Numbered from the stretch's first letter, positions 1 through 12,240 are shown. The stretch is DNA of 64,000 bases from Lama guanicoe (GCA_013239625.1 MU053594.1:1395654-1459653); one strand, 5' to 3'. The notes: a model not told the origin generated them from the letters alone. Numbers and translations are program-made.

Positions 1-465
1 AGGACTTCTGCGAACGTTGGGCCATTTGGGATGCTGGCAGTTCTGTTGTCATTTTTTATTCCTCTGAGTGAATCACTCTGATGGCCTGACAAGGCTGCTG
101 AGAATCAGCATGAGGCCCCTGCTTTGACCGTGTCCCATCAGACTGAGGCACGCTGTGTCCTCCTGGACAGGGGTCAGGGCAGGGAGAAGACGGGGGAAGA
201 ATGTAGTGCCCAAGTGGGATGCCACACTGCTACCTAAGGGGGTCCCACTGCCAGGGGCCCTGGAGTCACCACAGAGATGCTCCCCAGCCTGGCTTGGATT
301 CTCTGATTTGATCCATCAGGCGATTTATAGGATTTGCTTCCAGAAGCACCAGAGAGAAAATATAGGAAAATCTCTAAGCTTTCATCCATGAAAGATCAGG
401 CTTTGAAAGGAAATCCTTAAAAGAAATTTTACATGTCTGGCTATGGCAGTCTTGTTGGAAGAGGA

Positions 466-714
466 CCCACACCTACACACACACACCCACACACACCATA
501 CACCCACACCTACACACACCTACAAACACCACACACCCAAAACACACCCCACACACATCTACACACACACTTATACACACCCATGCCCACACACACTACA
601 CACCCATACTTACACACCCACACTTACGCACCACACACACCCCCCTACATCCACAGCACACCTACACACATCCACACCTATACACACCCACAACACCCCC
701 GCCACACACACACA
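466..714. repeat. CA-rich degenerate low-complexity tract
   Basis: About 250 bp of imperfect CACAC/CACCC/CATAC units; explains the His/Thr/Pro-rich spurious ORFs at 433-781. Confidence 0.95.
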
Positions 715-744
715 TTTAAGTGCACCAGCGCTCCCTAACCCCCT

Positions 745-912
745 CGTCTTGCTGTGCTTTTCCGTAACACTTAATACTTAGAGTCACGTGTTTGTATATT
801 ATCTCTCTTTCCCACTAGAGAATTTTGGCTCCATGAGGCCAGGACTTCGTTGCTTATTGCCACAGCCCCAGGTCATGACACTGATGGGCACATAGGTAGT
901 TCTCATTAAATA
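745..912 (+). mobile_element. L2 LINE 3' end fragment
   Basis: cccactaga...gctccatgaggccaggact...ggcacataggtagttctcattaaata resembles the L2 3' terminus. Confidence 0.7.
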
Positions 913-1454
913 GCCGTTTTCCCTCTTGTGGCCTGAAGTCCTAGTACTATTGGAGATTTATTAACTTATTTTTCAAATACTTCAAAGTTATTAAAATGCA
1001 AACATCCCTAGAATAGCACTTTAAGTCTTAATAATAGTTCTCAGCTAATAAATTTTGAGGACAGGAGCCTCCGCCATGACATCACGGAGCATAGATTCTT
1101 TCCTGAATTGTGTGCGAGAAGAAAGCATACAGGTGAGGAGGAGGAGGAGACAGGAGGAGAAGAGGCAGAGGGGAGACAGGGAGGGAAGCCTGGACCATGG
1201 CTTCCCAGCCATCCAGCCTGTCCGTCCTGCCCAGGAGTCACGTCTGACACTCCCCCCACCACAAGTCAACATCGGCCCCCACCACGTCCTATGTGACTTC
1301 TCTCTCCTCTCCACTCTCACAATTGGCCCCATAGAGGGAGTCCTGGCCACCTGTCCTCTGATGTTGTCAATGACAGCCAAACCAGTCTGCTGCCTCCCGC
1401 CTCAGCTGTGAGCCAGGCATACCACTCCCAGGCCAGCTTTCTAGAAGCTCCCCC

Positions 1455-1793
1455 ATGGCAGTCACTAGGGCTGCTTGTCAATACCCCTGATTCTCCCTCT
1501 AGAGGCATACAATAGGCTGGGGACTAGTTCTGCTCAGTGAATTGGTAGCAGAAGTGATGGATGTTACTTCTGCCTTGAGCATTTCACTGCTAAGGTGAGA
1601 CCCTCCCGAGCTCTTTCTCTCTGGCACACTGACCATCAACATTTGAGATAACCCTGGGTTCCTGAGTGACCAGGATGAGCAGAAACCCCATGCTAACCCA
1701 CAATGGACATGAGGCAAAAAAAGTTGTTTGAGGCCCTGGTAACTAGGGATTGTTCCTTACTGCAGCATAACATAGCCTATCCTGACCGATACA
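1455..1793 (+). mobile_element. MaLR LTR (MLT1J/K-like)
   Basis: Ends in ttactgcagcataacatagcctatcctgaccgataca, the typical old MLT1 3' end; internal gcagaagtgatg...gttacttct motif. Confidence 0.7.
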
Positions 1794-1842
1794 TGCCACT
1801 CACACAAGAACCTACAATGTCTCTCGTTACCCATCATTGTGT

Positions 1843-2265
1843 GTGAGGCAGTACACAGGTCGTAAGTTCCTTAGGTGATTGCTGTGTATGAATGCATGGC
1901 TCTTTGTAACGTTCTTTATTTGGAAATTTAAGATGATTCAAGATGCTAAAGTCCTTCCAGTTTAAGGGTACATTGTAGTGCTGAACTTTGAGTTACGGTG
2001 CAAGATTTTTTTTTTTTATGCTGTCATTTGTTTCGTGAGAATCCTTGGGGTTAAAGTTTTGGTTATTACAAAAAAAAAAAAAAAGATCTTAAACAGACCT
2101 GCATGTAAATCCTAGTTTTGCTACTTACAATTAGTTAAGGAAAACCTACATAACCTTCTGAGTCTCCTCACTTGTTTAATTGGAAGAATGACACTAACTT
2201 TGGGTTGATGAAATGAAATAACCCAGGTGTAGTGCCTGGCCTACAGCAGCCATTGAACAAACGTG
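1843..2265 (+). mobile_element. MIR SINE, interrupted by the SRSF3 retrocopy
   Basis: gaggcagta head before 1857; cagacctg...aaatcctag...acttac and gtgcctggc core after 2085. Confidence 0.55.
1857..2084 (+). pseudogene. SRSF3: 5'-truncated processed pseudogene: last ~210 nt of the SRSF3 3' UTR plus poly(A)
   Basis: aggtcgtaagttcctta...ccagtttaagggtacattgtag...gaactttgagttac...gtgcaagattttt...atgctgtcatttg...gtgagaatccttgg..ttaaagttttggtta matches my recall of the distal SRSF3 3' UTR. A15 follows at 2070-2084. Confidence 0.85.
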
Positions 2266-2403
2266 CCTCGGGTGGGTAAGTTCTCTTTCCTCCTCCTCTT
2301 CTTTATGCTGATGTGTGCATGTTAGTAGCACCTGCCCTGACCGAGCCCTCTGGACCTCTCTCCCAGTCCTCTCCATCATGACAGATGCTCACAGTATCAG
2401 GAA

Positions 2404-2568
2404 CAGCAATTCTCAACCTGGCGTCACCCTCAGAGTGCTCTGTTAAACTGTCCGTGACTCCCCTTCATCCTAGAGCAACTTAACCAGTTTCTAGAATGGG
2501 GGGCCCTGCCTTGGTTTTTGGAAAAATCATCTCCAGTGATGTAATGTGCAGCCAAGATTGAGAACTCG
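2404..2568. mobile_element. MER5-type hAT-Charlie MITE
   Basis: Terminal inverted repeats ttctcaa / ttgagaa; internal gtgatgtaatgtgcagccaagattgagaa. Confidence 0.7.
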
Positions 2569-2589
2569 GATCTAGAAGCAGACCGTCCA

Positions 2590-2950
2590 GGGTATGAGTG
2601 TAGATTCTGGACCCAGGGACGTCCTGCCACTTCCTGCCCCTGTGAGTTGAGATAAGTTGTTCTGTGCCTTTACTTCCTCATTTGAAAATGAGGGTGGGAA
2701 GAGGGGGGAGGGTATAGCTCAGTGGTAGAGCTTGTGCTTAGCATGCACGAGGTCCTGGGTTCGATCCCCAGTACGTCCATTAAAATAAATGAATAAACAT
2801 AATTAACCCCCCCTCTGAAAAATTAGGAAAATGAGGGTCAGAATAATAAAACATCTGTCTCACGGGCTGTTGTGTGGGTCATTGGAATTGTGTGTAAATC
2901 ACCCCCACAGAGCCTGGCTCATGGTCAATTCTCCATGAACATGGTGGCTC
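2590..2950 (+). mobile_element. MIR SINE, host of the Vic-1-type SINE
   Basis: MIR core ttcctcatttgaaaatgagg...aataata...tcacgggctgttgtg is split by the SINE. Confidence 0.65.
2696..2826 (+). mobile_element. tRNA-Ala-derived camelid SINE (Vic-1 type)
   Basis: A box tagctcagtgg, B box ggttcgatcc, AT-rich tail; 12-bp TSD gaaaatgagggt at 2684-2695 and 2827-2838. Confidence 0.92.
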
Positions 2951-4269
2951 CTTCCCCCCCTGCTCTCTGCCCCGCCCTGCCCTCCCCCTCCTCTCAGTCT
3001 CGCCCCTCCCCTCCAGAAGCTTTTCTCTGTAACCCCATCATGAGCCTTCTGTTCTCCAGACGTGACTGCACACACATGGAGCGAGCATGCACTGTGATTT
3101 GGCCTTTAAACATACAACGGATTCTTTGACCTATTAAGTCGGCCTCATCAACAAGACCAGAAGCTGCTGAAGGAGGTGGCGACGGCCCACACTCCTTTTT
3201 CTTCTCTGCCCCGACAAGAACCTACAAAAAGCTGTGCCCACAGTACTGTTTGTTGATTGACTATTTGATTCAAAGTCATTCCCAAGAACAGCCACAGCCA
3301 CTGGCACCAGCACGGGCACCAGCTTTAACACACGGTCACACTCTCAGGGCTGGCTCTCCTTCCAGAAGAGAGCGATTAAATACTTCCATAGTCAGAGAAC
3401 CTGGACGGGACCACCCAGCACAGAGGGCAACAGGAGGGCAACCCTTGTCTCCTCAAGTCCCTTTGAGGGTGGTAAGCTCACCTAGTCAGAGGAGAGAAAT
3501 ACATTTTAATTTGTAAATTCTGGCTGACAAAGGATGCTGCTCCCAAGACAGGGGTTGCTAGGGACATTTCATTTCTCATCCTTCCTGGTCTCCTGACATC
3601 TGCTGGGAAACACTTCCCACTGGCTGTGGACGCTTCCGGCTTTGGTCCCGGGTGACCTAGGATCCCCCCTTCCCAGGAGGCTGCCTCCCAGAAATGTCCA
3701 GGTCCCCTTCTTCACCCCAGAGACCTTTCAGGTGGAGAAGGAAAGACAGTACAAACTTGTGACAATTTCTGAGGAGGCTGGGCTCAGAGGGCCACCAGAC
3801 TGATGTCCGTCATCACTGCCTCTTTTCTTTTCAACGACCCACTGTGAGAGAGGAGATCGTGACCAATGGTTGGGAATTGAAGCCAAGAAAATATTCTCAG
3901 ATTCCTGTGACTCACCCTCATCCAAATGTAAGGAGGGGAAAAGGGAAAAGGGGAACTAACACTCGCCACCCGCCCTGGTCCCCAGCTTCAGGTCCTGATG
4001 CTTTACCTAGTTTTCCATCCACTCCTTGTCGCTACCCATGGATGAGTATTGCGGTCCCAGCTCGCCAGCTGAGGAAGCAGTCTCAGACTTGCCTGGCGAG
4101 GGTGAGAACCAGAACTGGAACCAAATTGAACATTCATTCATTCATTCATTCATTTGCCCTATGGCAGGATTTAAAGTTCCTCACGATGATGGCAGGAGTT
4201 GGGGTGGAAGGGAGGAATGGGGAGATCTGAGCTCAGGGGAGCGTGTATTATATTAAAAATGTACTTGGG

Positions 4270-4789
4270 ATTTGTTTTAATCAGCCATGGTAAGACACAG
4301 AAATGATGCCGCGAAGGAAGAAGTTTATACTCAGCCAGCCCTAAAAGTGGGAGGCACAGCACGCCACACGGGGCCACGGGGGGACGGACTAGGGTCGGAC
4401 AGGAAGCAAAAGAAGAGAGAGAAGAGGATGTCCCCGAGCCTTTGCTGGGGTCCTAACGGGAAGGGGCAGGTGAGGCAGGGTAGGTATGCTGAGTAAGCTT
4501 AGGACTGGATAGTTTGAACCATTTCAGGTGGTCCTGAGCTAGGGTGGTCCCTAGCTGCCCAAGGCCTGGCCCCGGGGTGATTTAGGGCAGGCGGGATATG
4601 GGATTAATGTATGAGAATTTGCTAAAAAGAGATGGTTGGGGGTGTAGGCTCTGGATTGGTTGGTTCGTATATCAGAGGCTCACTCTTAGGGGAGCTGTCG
4701 GCTCTCTTCAGGAACTAGCTAGCTAGTCGGGACCCTCCTAAATGCCAGAACCTCAAGAATACAGAAGAGAAGAAGATATAGACAATACA
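4270..4789 (-). mobile_element. ERVL-type solo LTR (MER76-like)
   Basis: Motifs ggaggcacagcacgccacacggggccac, ggctctggattggttggtt and aggaactagctagc...aagaatacagaa resemble my recall of MER76. Confidence 0.6.
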
Positions 4790-5902
4790 GTCCAGTGAAC
4801 TCTGTAGATGAAAACAATTGGAATAAAAGGTGATTCAGTCCCACAACTCAAGCCACAAAACCAGACTTCCCCCTGAGGTGAGAGTCTGCAAATGACAACC
4901 ACGAAGCTTGGACACTGCCAACACATGCTCTGGGATCCATGCAGCAGCATCCTTAGGGAAGAACCAACTGTTGGTTAAGGGATAGAATAATGAGTCCAGA
5001 AATGTAGGGAGTTAGGACTGAGAGATAGCTCTGGAGGGAATGGATGGAAAGAGTGGGAAAGAGATAGGGCGTGGAAGACAGAACCCAGAGGTTGGAGAGA
5101 AGGCATCAGGCAGTAGGCAAGAGGGGTGTAGGGGCTGAGGAGCAAGGAGGAGGGGTTGGACGACGACCCCAGATCGTGGACCCACACAGATGAAGTCCTA
5201 ATTAAACTAGCAGTTTGTAATTGATGCACATTGGTTTGATACCATGTGGCTAAGAAGTTCCTGGATTTTTTTTTTTCAATGAGAACTCTGCACAGGTAGC
5301 TGTAGAAAGGATGTCTTGCCCTCTGAATGTCTTACTCCCAGTAGAATTGCCAAAGCTCAGGGTGGCTCCGAGAGGTAAGGCTTCACCTGTGTGAATGGGG
5401 ATGGCTGCAGTGCCTGGGGGACAGCCCTTCACTCCTCCCCACGGAACCAGGAAAGGACGAACTCGCTCCCTGGTTCCTCCTAGTGGGATCTGTGTGCCCC
5501 ATATGTGTGGGGGCCTTTGTTTTTGAACCTGTCACAATTCCAACAGACAAGGTGAGCACCCAAGATATTAAGATAGAGGAGACAGAGGAAGTGGACGTAA
5601 GAGGTAGTGGATCTGAGATCACTTCTAAGACCTCTAGGCTTGAAAACCAAGGAGCTCCGGGTGGTCATGCAAGGCATGGAGAAGCTGCCCCAAACATCTT
5701 CCTTTTAACCCAGGGACTCGGTCAGTGCTCTTTTCCCAGCGTGGCCACATGGGGAGGCTGAAGCCTGAGTTCTTCCCGTGCCTCTACACCTCCCTTCCAA
5801 TGCTTTGTTCTGTCTGTGTCGCATGACCCCTTGCTAGTGTCGACCTTTATTCCCACTTCGCCCCACCCCTCATACTTGCCCCACATGGCTGCTTTTTAAT
5901 AT

Positions 5903-5970
5903 GTTTATTCATTCATTTCTGAAACATAGAGTACCTACCATGTACCAGGCACTGTACCAGATGTTGACAG
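5903..5970 (-). mobile_element. L2 3' end fragment
   Basis: ttattcattcatt...gagtacctaccatgtaccaggcactgt is the antisense L2 terminus. Confidence 0.7.
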
Positions 5971-6214
5971 CCCTTGACTTCCCTCTTCCATACCAGTCCT
6001 CAATCCACTCAGACTCATGAAGGATACGCTACAAGGACCCGGGCAGGTCCCAGGTGTGGTACGGGGGAAGCGCAGGGTGGGGGGGGTGCGCTCAATTCAA
6101 TCCCTGATTGGCTAGAGCTTCTCTGTGGAGGACACAGGACCCACTCATGTCTTGATTCCGCATGACACGCGGAGCAGCGGATGGGACACTGCTAAGAGAT
6201 GTGTTTCCAATTGC

Positions 6215-6416
6215 GAGAAGAGCAAAGTTAAAACTCCTGGCTGTTCCATTTAACTTTCATCTTGGGTGAGTTTCTTATTCCTCGGAGAGCTTCAGTTCAT
6301 CAGGCTGTAAAATAAGATTCATTATCATCCACCCCTAAAGTTGCGGTGATGAGCAGATGAAATGATGCCTGTGGAACTGTTTTATAAACTGTAAAGAAAG
6401 ATGAAGGTTATTATTA
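6215..6416 (+). mobile_element. MIR SINE
   Basis: cttgggtgagtttctta...cttcagtt...ctgtaaaataag core and ttattatta tail. Confidence 0.6.
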
Positions 6417-7290
6417 ACTGCAAGTTAAAAACAACAACAACAACTGTGCCCCCAAACCTGACTCCTGGAAGATATCTTATCCAGATCTCAAAACCAAAGA
6501 AACTAGCTTCTGAAAGTTCTGTAAACACGACCCTGGAGGAGATACTTTTAATCCAGATTCATTTCCAAGTTTCTATCACAAACTTCAGTAGTTCCCAAAG
6601 AGCCATGGGGGTAAGGAGTACGCAGCCACCTGGGGTGCCTGCATCTCCATCAGGGCCTCTGAGCCTCATGGAAATCCTGTCTCCAGAGCACACCTGGCCC
6701 CAGCTAGCAGCGCTGGGTGCCCGCTCAGCTAATGAGCTGCACAGCTGTGCAGCGGCTGATCGTTCCCCAATTACGGTGACATTAGGGAAAGTTATTGGAA
6801 AGGACTTTCTCCCACCATTGAGTAGTAAATGCTTTCCTAATTTGCCTGATGATACATTTATGATGGCTGCTTGCTGATCCTCTTCCACAATCCACCTTTA
6901 ATGGCCTGTCTGTTCGGAGAGGCCAGTCTTCGCCAATGAGCCAACTTTATTTCATAATGGTTTATTATTGTATTCTGTCCAAGGAGTGCCTGCAAAATGA
7001 AAAAGTGGCCAGCCCAACTCTCTCATCGCGGGTGTAATTACTGCCTCCGTTCTTAGCAAGAAAGAAAAACAAACAGTAATCTTTGCTAATTGAAACAGTA
7101 AAATATGTGCAGTTACGAACAATTCTGTGTCGAATCTTAAGAGAAAAAGACCCTACAAACACACACACGCTCACACACACACAAGTACACATTCACCCCC
7201 AAAATGGAGCGTTGCCTCTGAAAATATGAGTTATAAATATACAGGCTGTCTCTCTTCTTTCTTGCTTGCTCATCTGTCTTCCACAGTCCC

Positions 7291-7291
<1 letters not shown>

Positions 7292-7327
<36 letters not shown>
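7292..7327. repeat. (TG)18 microsatellite
   Basis: Perfect dinucleotide run. Confidence 0.98.
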
Positions 7328-7331
<4 letters not shown>

Positions 7332-7827
7332 ATGCTCAGTGTACTGATATTAATTATTTTTCAGATTTTTTTGGTGGCAAGATTATTCTATAATTAAATC
7401 CATTTCCCTGGGGGGAACTTCCTTCACTTGTTTGCATTTCTTGTGCTTCTTTCACAGAATGAAATGTGAAAAGAAGGTTTTGTTTGCACTTGGTTGTGCA
7501 ATTGCTCCATTCCATTTTCTTTCTTTTTTTCTCAGGCTCTTGCTGCCTCTGGGCATTGCCTTGAAACACAAACAAATCAGGGATTCCCAGGATAATTCTG
7601 TGCAGCTTGGGTGAGTGGAGGGGAGCGGTGGTGTCCTCCGTTGAGTAAGTGAGCAAGTCATCTTGTAATTAGTTACTATGGTAAAGATTAACTGCTGGCC
7701 TCTGCTGGTTCTGCCTCCTTAACTGAATCAGGAGCACTGTGGGCAAAGGTGGAGAAAGAAGAGGAAGCTTCATGGATAATTTTCTGACCAATCTGGTAGT
7801 CGTGTATTTAAAAGCATAGGAGTAAGA

Positions 7828-10060
7828 GGTAGTGTGATATGTGGGGAAATGGAAGCTTTATGGTCACACAATCTTGGGTTCAAATCCTACCTTTACTGTG
7901 AGGACACTCCCAGATGGAGCAAGCATGGGAAAGCCTCTCTCTCCCACTGATTACAGCTAAAGACTATGAACCAAAAGCAACTATGAGGACTCGACAGTGA
8001 ACCACAGCAAGCAGACTGCAAAGAGAAATGAACACCTGGAGATGCAGACCACCTGAAGATGAGATCCTGGGCTTTGCTTTCTCTTTTCTGTCACAGCATT
8101 GCCCTGAGATGCTCCCCCCCCCCTTCATGGAGTTGTACCCCACTAGTGGCACTTACAGCTAAAACTCTGAAGCACTTTTTTTCTGGCTGGTAGAACTGGA
8201 GACTGTGACAGAAAAACCAGAGAGGAGAGAGCTGGGAAAGAAAATCTTGTAATTCTGTATCTGAACCCACAGAAGTCCCAGGTCTCCCCTAAGTTAATGC
8301 ACATGCATGGGACCCTATATTAAGGGTTTTGAGGATTGAGCTAAAATAGGAACCACCACCCACAGAAGGTAAGACAAAATTTACAATCTGAACTCAGCTG
8401 ATTTCGACTAAAACAAAACAAATACAAATAAATCAACCATCTCTAGAGGATTTTAATCAATGTGGGATATGCACAACATAGCATTTATACCATCCAGGAT
8501 ACACTCCAAAATTACTCAACAGACAAAGAAGCAGGAAAAATGTGACCAAATCTTAAGGGAAAAGACAATCATCAGACACTCACCTACAGCTAATCTGGAC
8601 ATTGGAATTATCAGACAGGGAACGTAAAGGCTTTAAAGAAATAATTAGAATTATCTCGCATGAAGTAAAGGTAAACACATTTGAAAAGGATGGAAAACAA
8701 GTTCTCAGAAGAGAAGCAGAAATCATAAAAAAGAACCAAATGGAAATTTTAGAACTGAAAAATAAAAATAAAATCTGAAATTTAAAAAAAACTTTCCCAC
8801 TGGTTGGCCTCTGAAGAACTTGAAGGTAGAGCAATAGAAATTTCTCAATCTGAGGAACAGACAGAAAAATTAAAATAAACAAAAAACAAAGCATCAGGAA
8901 CCTGTGAGACAATATGAAAGGTCGTTGGTGTCCCTTGAGGAAGGAAGAAAAAGTGTTGGAAGAAAGAATGACTGAAAACTTTCCAAATTGGTGAAAGACA
9001 TAAATTTACAGATATGGGAAGCTCTGCAAGTCCTAAATAGGACAGACTCATAGAAAACCATGCCCAGACACATAATAACCAAAGCAAAAACAAAAAAATA
9101 AAGGAAAAATACTGAAAGTCACTATACAAAAACAGCATGTTATAGCTAGGGAAACCAATGATTTAAAAGACAATGGATTTCTCATCAGAAACCGTGGAGC
9201 CCAGAAGGCAGTAGGACAATAAATTAAGGCACTGACAGATAAAACTGTCAACTCATAATTCTATACCAGAAAAAAAATATTCTTTATAAATGAAGGTGGA
9301 ATTCAGACATTAGCAGATGAAAGAAAACTCAGTCAATTCATAACCAGCAGACCTGCTGTAAAAGAAATGTTAAAGGAAGTATATCTGGATAAATTTAAAA
9401 GACTATTCTTCTCCTCTTAAGGTCTTTAAAGTATTGCAAGTTGAAAGTAGAAATTATAACATTATTTGGTTGGCTTTTCAATGGATGTAAAGGTGATATA
9501 TAAAACATAAAGAGATCTATATGATTCTAATGTTCTTCCATTTTATTTGAAGTGATAAAATATTAACTCTAACTCCACTAGGAACGGTTAGGCATATATA
9601 TTGTAACTCTTAAAGCAACTACTAAAAAATAATACGAAAAGAGTAGTGAAAATGCTGATAGATAAATTAAAATGAAACACTAAAACAGTGATAATAAAAA
9701 TAATAATCCAAAAGAAGTAATTAAAGAGGTGATAAGGGAACCAAAAATAGAAGGGACAAACAGAGAAAGAATCACATAGTAGATGTAAATTCAACCATAT
9801 CAATAATTATGTTAAATTAAGTCATCTAAACACAAGTTGAAAGAGATAGATGGGATTTTATTTTTAATCTACGTTTCCTACTTACTCGCTATAAGACTTT
9901 GGAAAATTACTTAATGATTTATAGCTTCTTTTTCGGTTACAGTATCTACCATGTCTATAATGTCTACAAACAACAGTATCTACTGTGTTAGCTATTTTTC
10001 AGATAAAGTGAAGGGGTGTTAGTTAAATGCCTAGTGAATAGTAAATACTCAATAAAAAGG
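7828..10060 (+). mobile_element. MIR SINE split in two (7828-7897 and 9866-10060) by an L1
   Basis: The 5' half ends in cttgggttcaaatcct; the 3' half resumes ctacttact...gactttggaaaattacttaa and ends gtaaatactcaataaa. Confidence 0.55.
7900..9855 (+). mobile_element. Ancient L1 (L1M-type): 5' UTR remnant, decayed ORF1 and start of ORF2
   Basis: A-rich sense strand; ORF1 motifs aagaaccaaatggaaattttagaactgaaaaa, gatttctcatcagaaacc and accagcagacctgc..aaagaaatgttaaaggaagt; ORF2 start atatcaataatt...taaa. Many stops and frameshifts. Confidence 0.85.
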
Positions 10061-10781
10061 ACATCAGCTGTCTACTAATGACCATTAACAGGGACCACTA
10101 ACGGTTACCAAATTCATTAACCGAGGTTCAGGGCCACTATTCATTTGGCCTTATATTCTTTTGACTTTGAGAAAAGCACTAACAGGATGGTGTGATTGCA
10201 AAAAAATTAAGCCTGTATCTTCCCCAAAAGCATGATTTCTCTTATTCCACTCTGAATCTGACACAAAATTACTATATATTTTTATAACATCACTATGGTA
10301 TGTATAATGTCTTTAGTATTATGAATTGGTTAATTTTATAGATTGAGATCCTATTTATCTTCCATCAACTGTAAACATTATTTGTTTGGACTAACTCCTT
10401 CTATCCTCACTGAAGTAATTCCTGCTTCCTAAAGAGTGGTTAAGTGATTTTACTTCCCATAAGTGTATTTGAATTTCATAATGTTGGATGTCATAGCAAG
10501 GACCCAGGCCCCCGAGATCTGCCCTTACTGATTTATAAAATTAAGACATCTGCTAATGAACACGTATCCTCCACAGGAAGGCACAGCAGTGATCCATGCT
10601 CCTTGCCGAGAAGGTAGACAGCTGGGATTCCAGCCAGAGCACAGGGACCTAGAGATCATCTGTACATTTAAGAAGGCATGTTGCCCAGGTGCCAGAGAGG
10701 GCATACACCTTGAGATCCATCAGTGGTTGTCAGATTTCCTCAGTGAATATTGATTAATCCAGAGGTAAAAATACAAAGTTC

Positions 10782-10870
10782 ATCTCAACAACTATATATT
10801 GAGTGCTACTCACGTGCCAGGCACGGAGCCAAGGGCCAGGAGTGATGAGATGAATCAGTCGGGTGAATCA
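10782..10870 (-). mobile_element. L2 3' end fragment
   Basis: tcaacaactatatattgagtgctact..gtgccaggcac. Confidence 0.65.
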
Positions 10871-11974
10871 ACTTGGCCAATGCCCTCAGATGGCTGAGTG
10901 TCTGCTGGGAGAGACAGCTGGTCATCAGACCATTTCAGTCAAACGTCATCATTGCTCCATTCACACCCTCTTGGACCTGCCTCTATGGGACCAGCTTTCC
11001 TCAAATCCCAGATGTCCCTGAGATCACTCTGGAGAATCCCCTCTCTGGGAACCACTGGTTTTACTTTAGTCAACATCGTACACACAGGGAGGTCTGGGAG
11101 TCGGTATTTCCTGGCGGTGTTTGCAGTGTCATTTACCATTTCTGTCGCCTGTCATAGGAGCCATTATAATATTTGCTCAAGTATTTAAATCAAGTCCTTT
11201 ACTTTAAGCCAGTGGCTGCTGAGCTTTAATTAAAGCATATTTGCATACATTAATATCACCCAGCTTCTCTACATTTTAACTGTATCTTTGCATTCAAAAC
11301 ATTTCAATAACAATAGTTGTCAGCGCCTGGGCTCTTATTTATGCCACAATTACAAGTCCTGTTAATTACAGCCCTGACTGGTTTCTCCGGCTCCTTCTGA
11401 CAGTCCGTGTGCAGCCGTGGTTCGACTCCTTCGGTGTGTGCATTTCGCCGTTTATAGCGCAGCTCCACCGAGCAGCAAGGGGTTTAAAGTTGTTGGGCTC
11501 CCTTTATCTCCAGCCCTGCTGACGTTCTGGACCTTTGGGAATACAGAGGAGCAAATGCAGTTTTTATACCAAGGATGGACCTGGTGCGTTTAAAGCTGAG
11601 AACTAATTTGAACTCTGATCCAGGCTGGAATTTTTCTCTGAGGTTGAAGTAGTCAAAAGAAAGAAAAGGATCTGGGTAGACTGTGGATGCTGTGAGTTGC
11701 AGGTGAGGAAGTAACAGGGAAGTTCCCACCGCGGGCGTACTGCTGCGTGTTACTGGAGCCTAGAAAACAGCAGAAGCAGAAAGTCACCGCTCAGTGAGCA
11801 TCAGTGATGAACTGGGGGCTTGGTGCCGCGGAGGGCACAGTCATGTGGAGAATTCCTGCTCCTCCTCGAGCATCTGGTCCAGGTCACCTCCTGTCTTGAT
11901 CAGCAGTCAGTCACTCCTAGTACAAGGAATCTTGTACGAGGTCCATCAGGGCTCTGGCCTCTCATTGTTCATTT

Positions 11975-12090
11975 TTCTCTCTCTCTTCCAAATTGAACTA
12001 TGAGTTCCTGAGGGTAGGGACCGTACTTTGTCTCCCAGTTACCTAACACATAGGGGCCCCCAGTAAACATGTTTGAGAAGGAAAATGAAT
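11975..12090 (+). mobile_element. L2 3' end fragment
   Basis: ctatgagttcctgagggtagggacc...cagtaaacatgtttga...aatgaat. Confidence 0.6.
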
Positions 12091-12107
12091 AAGAAACCAT
12101 AATACCA

Positions 12108-12240
12108 GGGAGGGGGGCCAGCTCAGTGGTAGAGCACATGCTTAGTATGCACAAGGACCTGGGTTCAATCCCCAGTACCTCCATTTAAAAAGAAATAATA
12201 AAATAAATAAATAAACCTAATTACACTCCCTCTAAAAAAA
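12108..12240 (+). mobile_element. tRNA-Ala-derived camelid SINE (Vic-1 type)
   Basis: agctcagtggtagagcacatgcttag...gggttcaatccccagtacctcc with tail aaataaacctaattac; partial TSD aaaccata. Confidence 0.92.

Noticed and set aside
433..781. His/Thr/Pro-rich ORFs
   Set aside because: They are translations of a CA-rich simple repeat.
10060..10560. AT-rich UTR-like block with loosely similar flanks (gacatc...ctaatga)
   Set aside because: The flanks are too dissimilar for a TSD, there is no poly(A), and I recognise no source gene.
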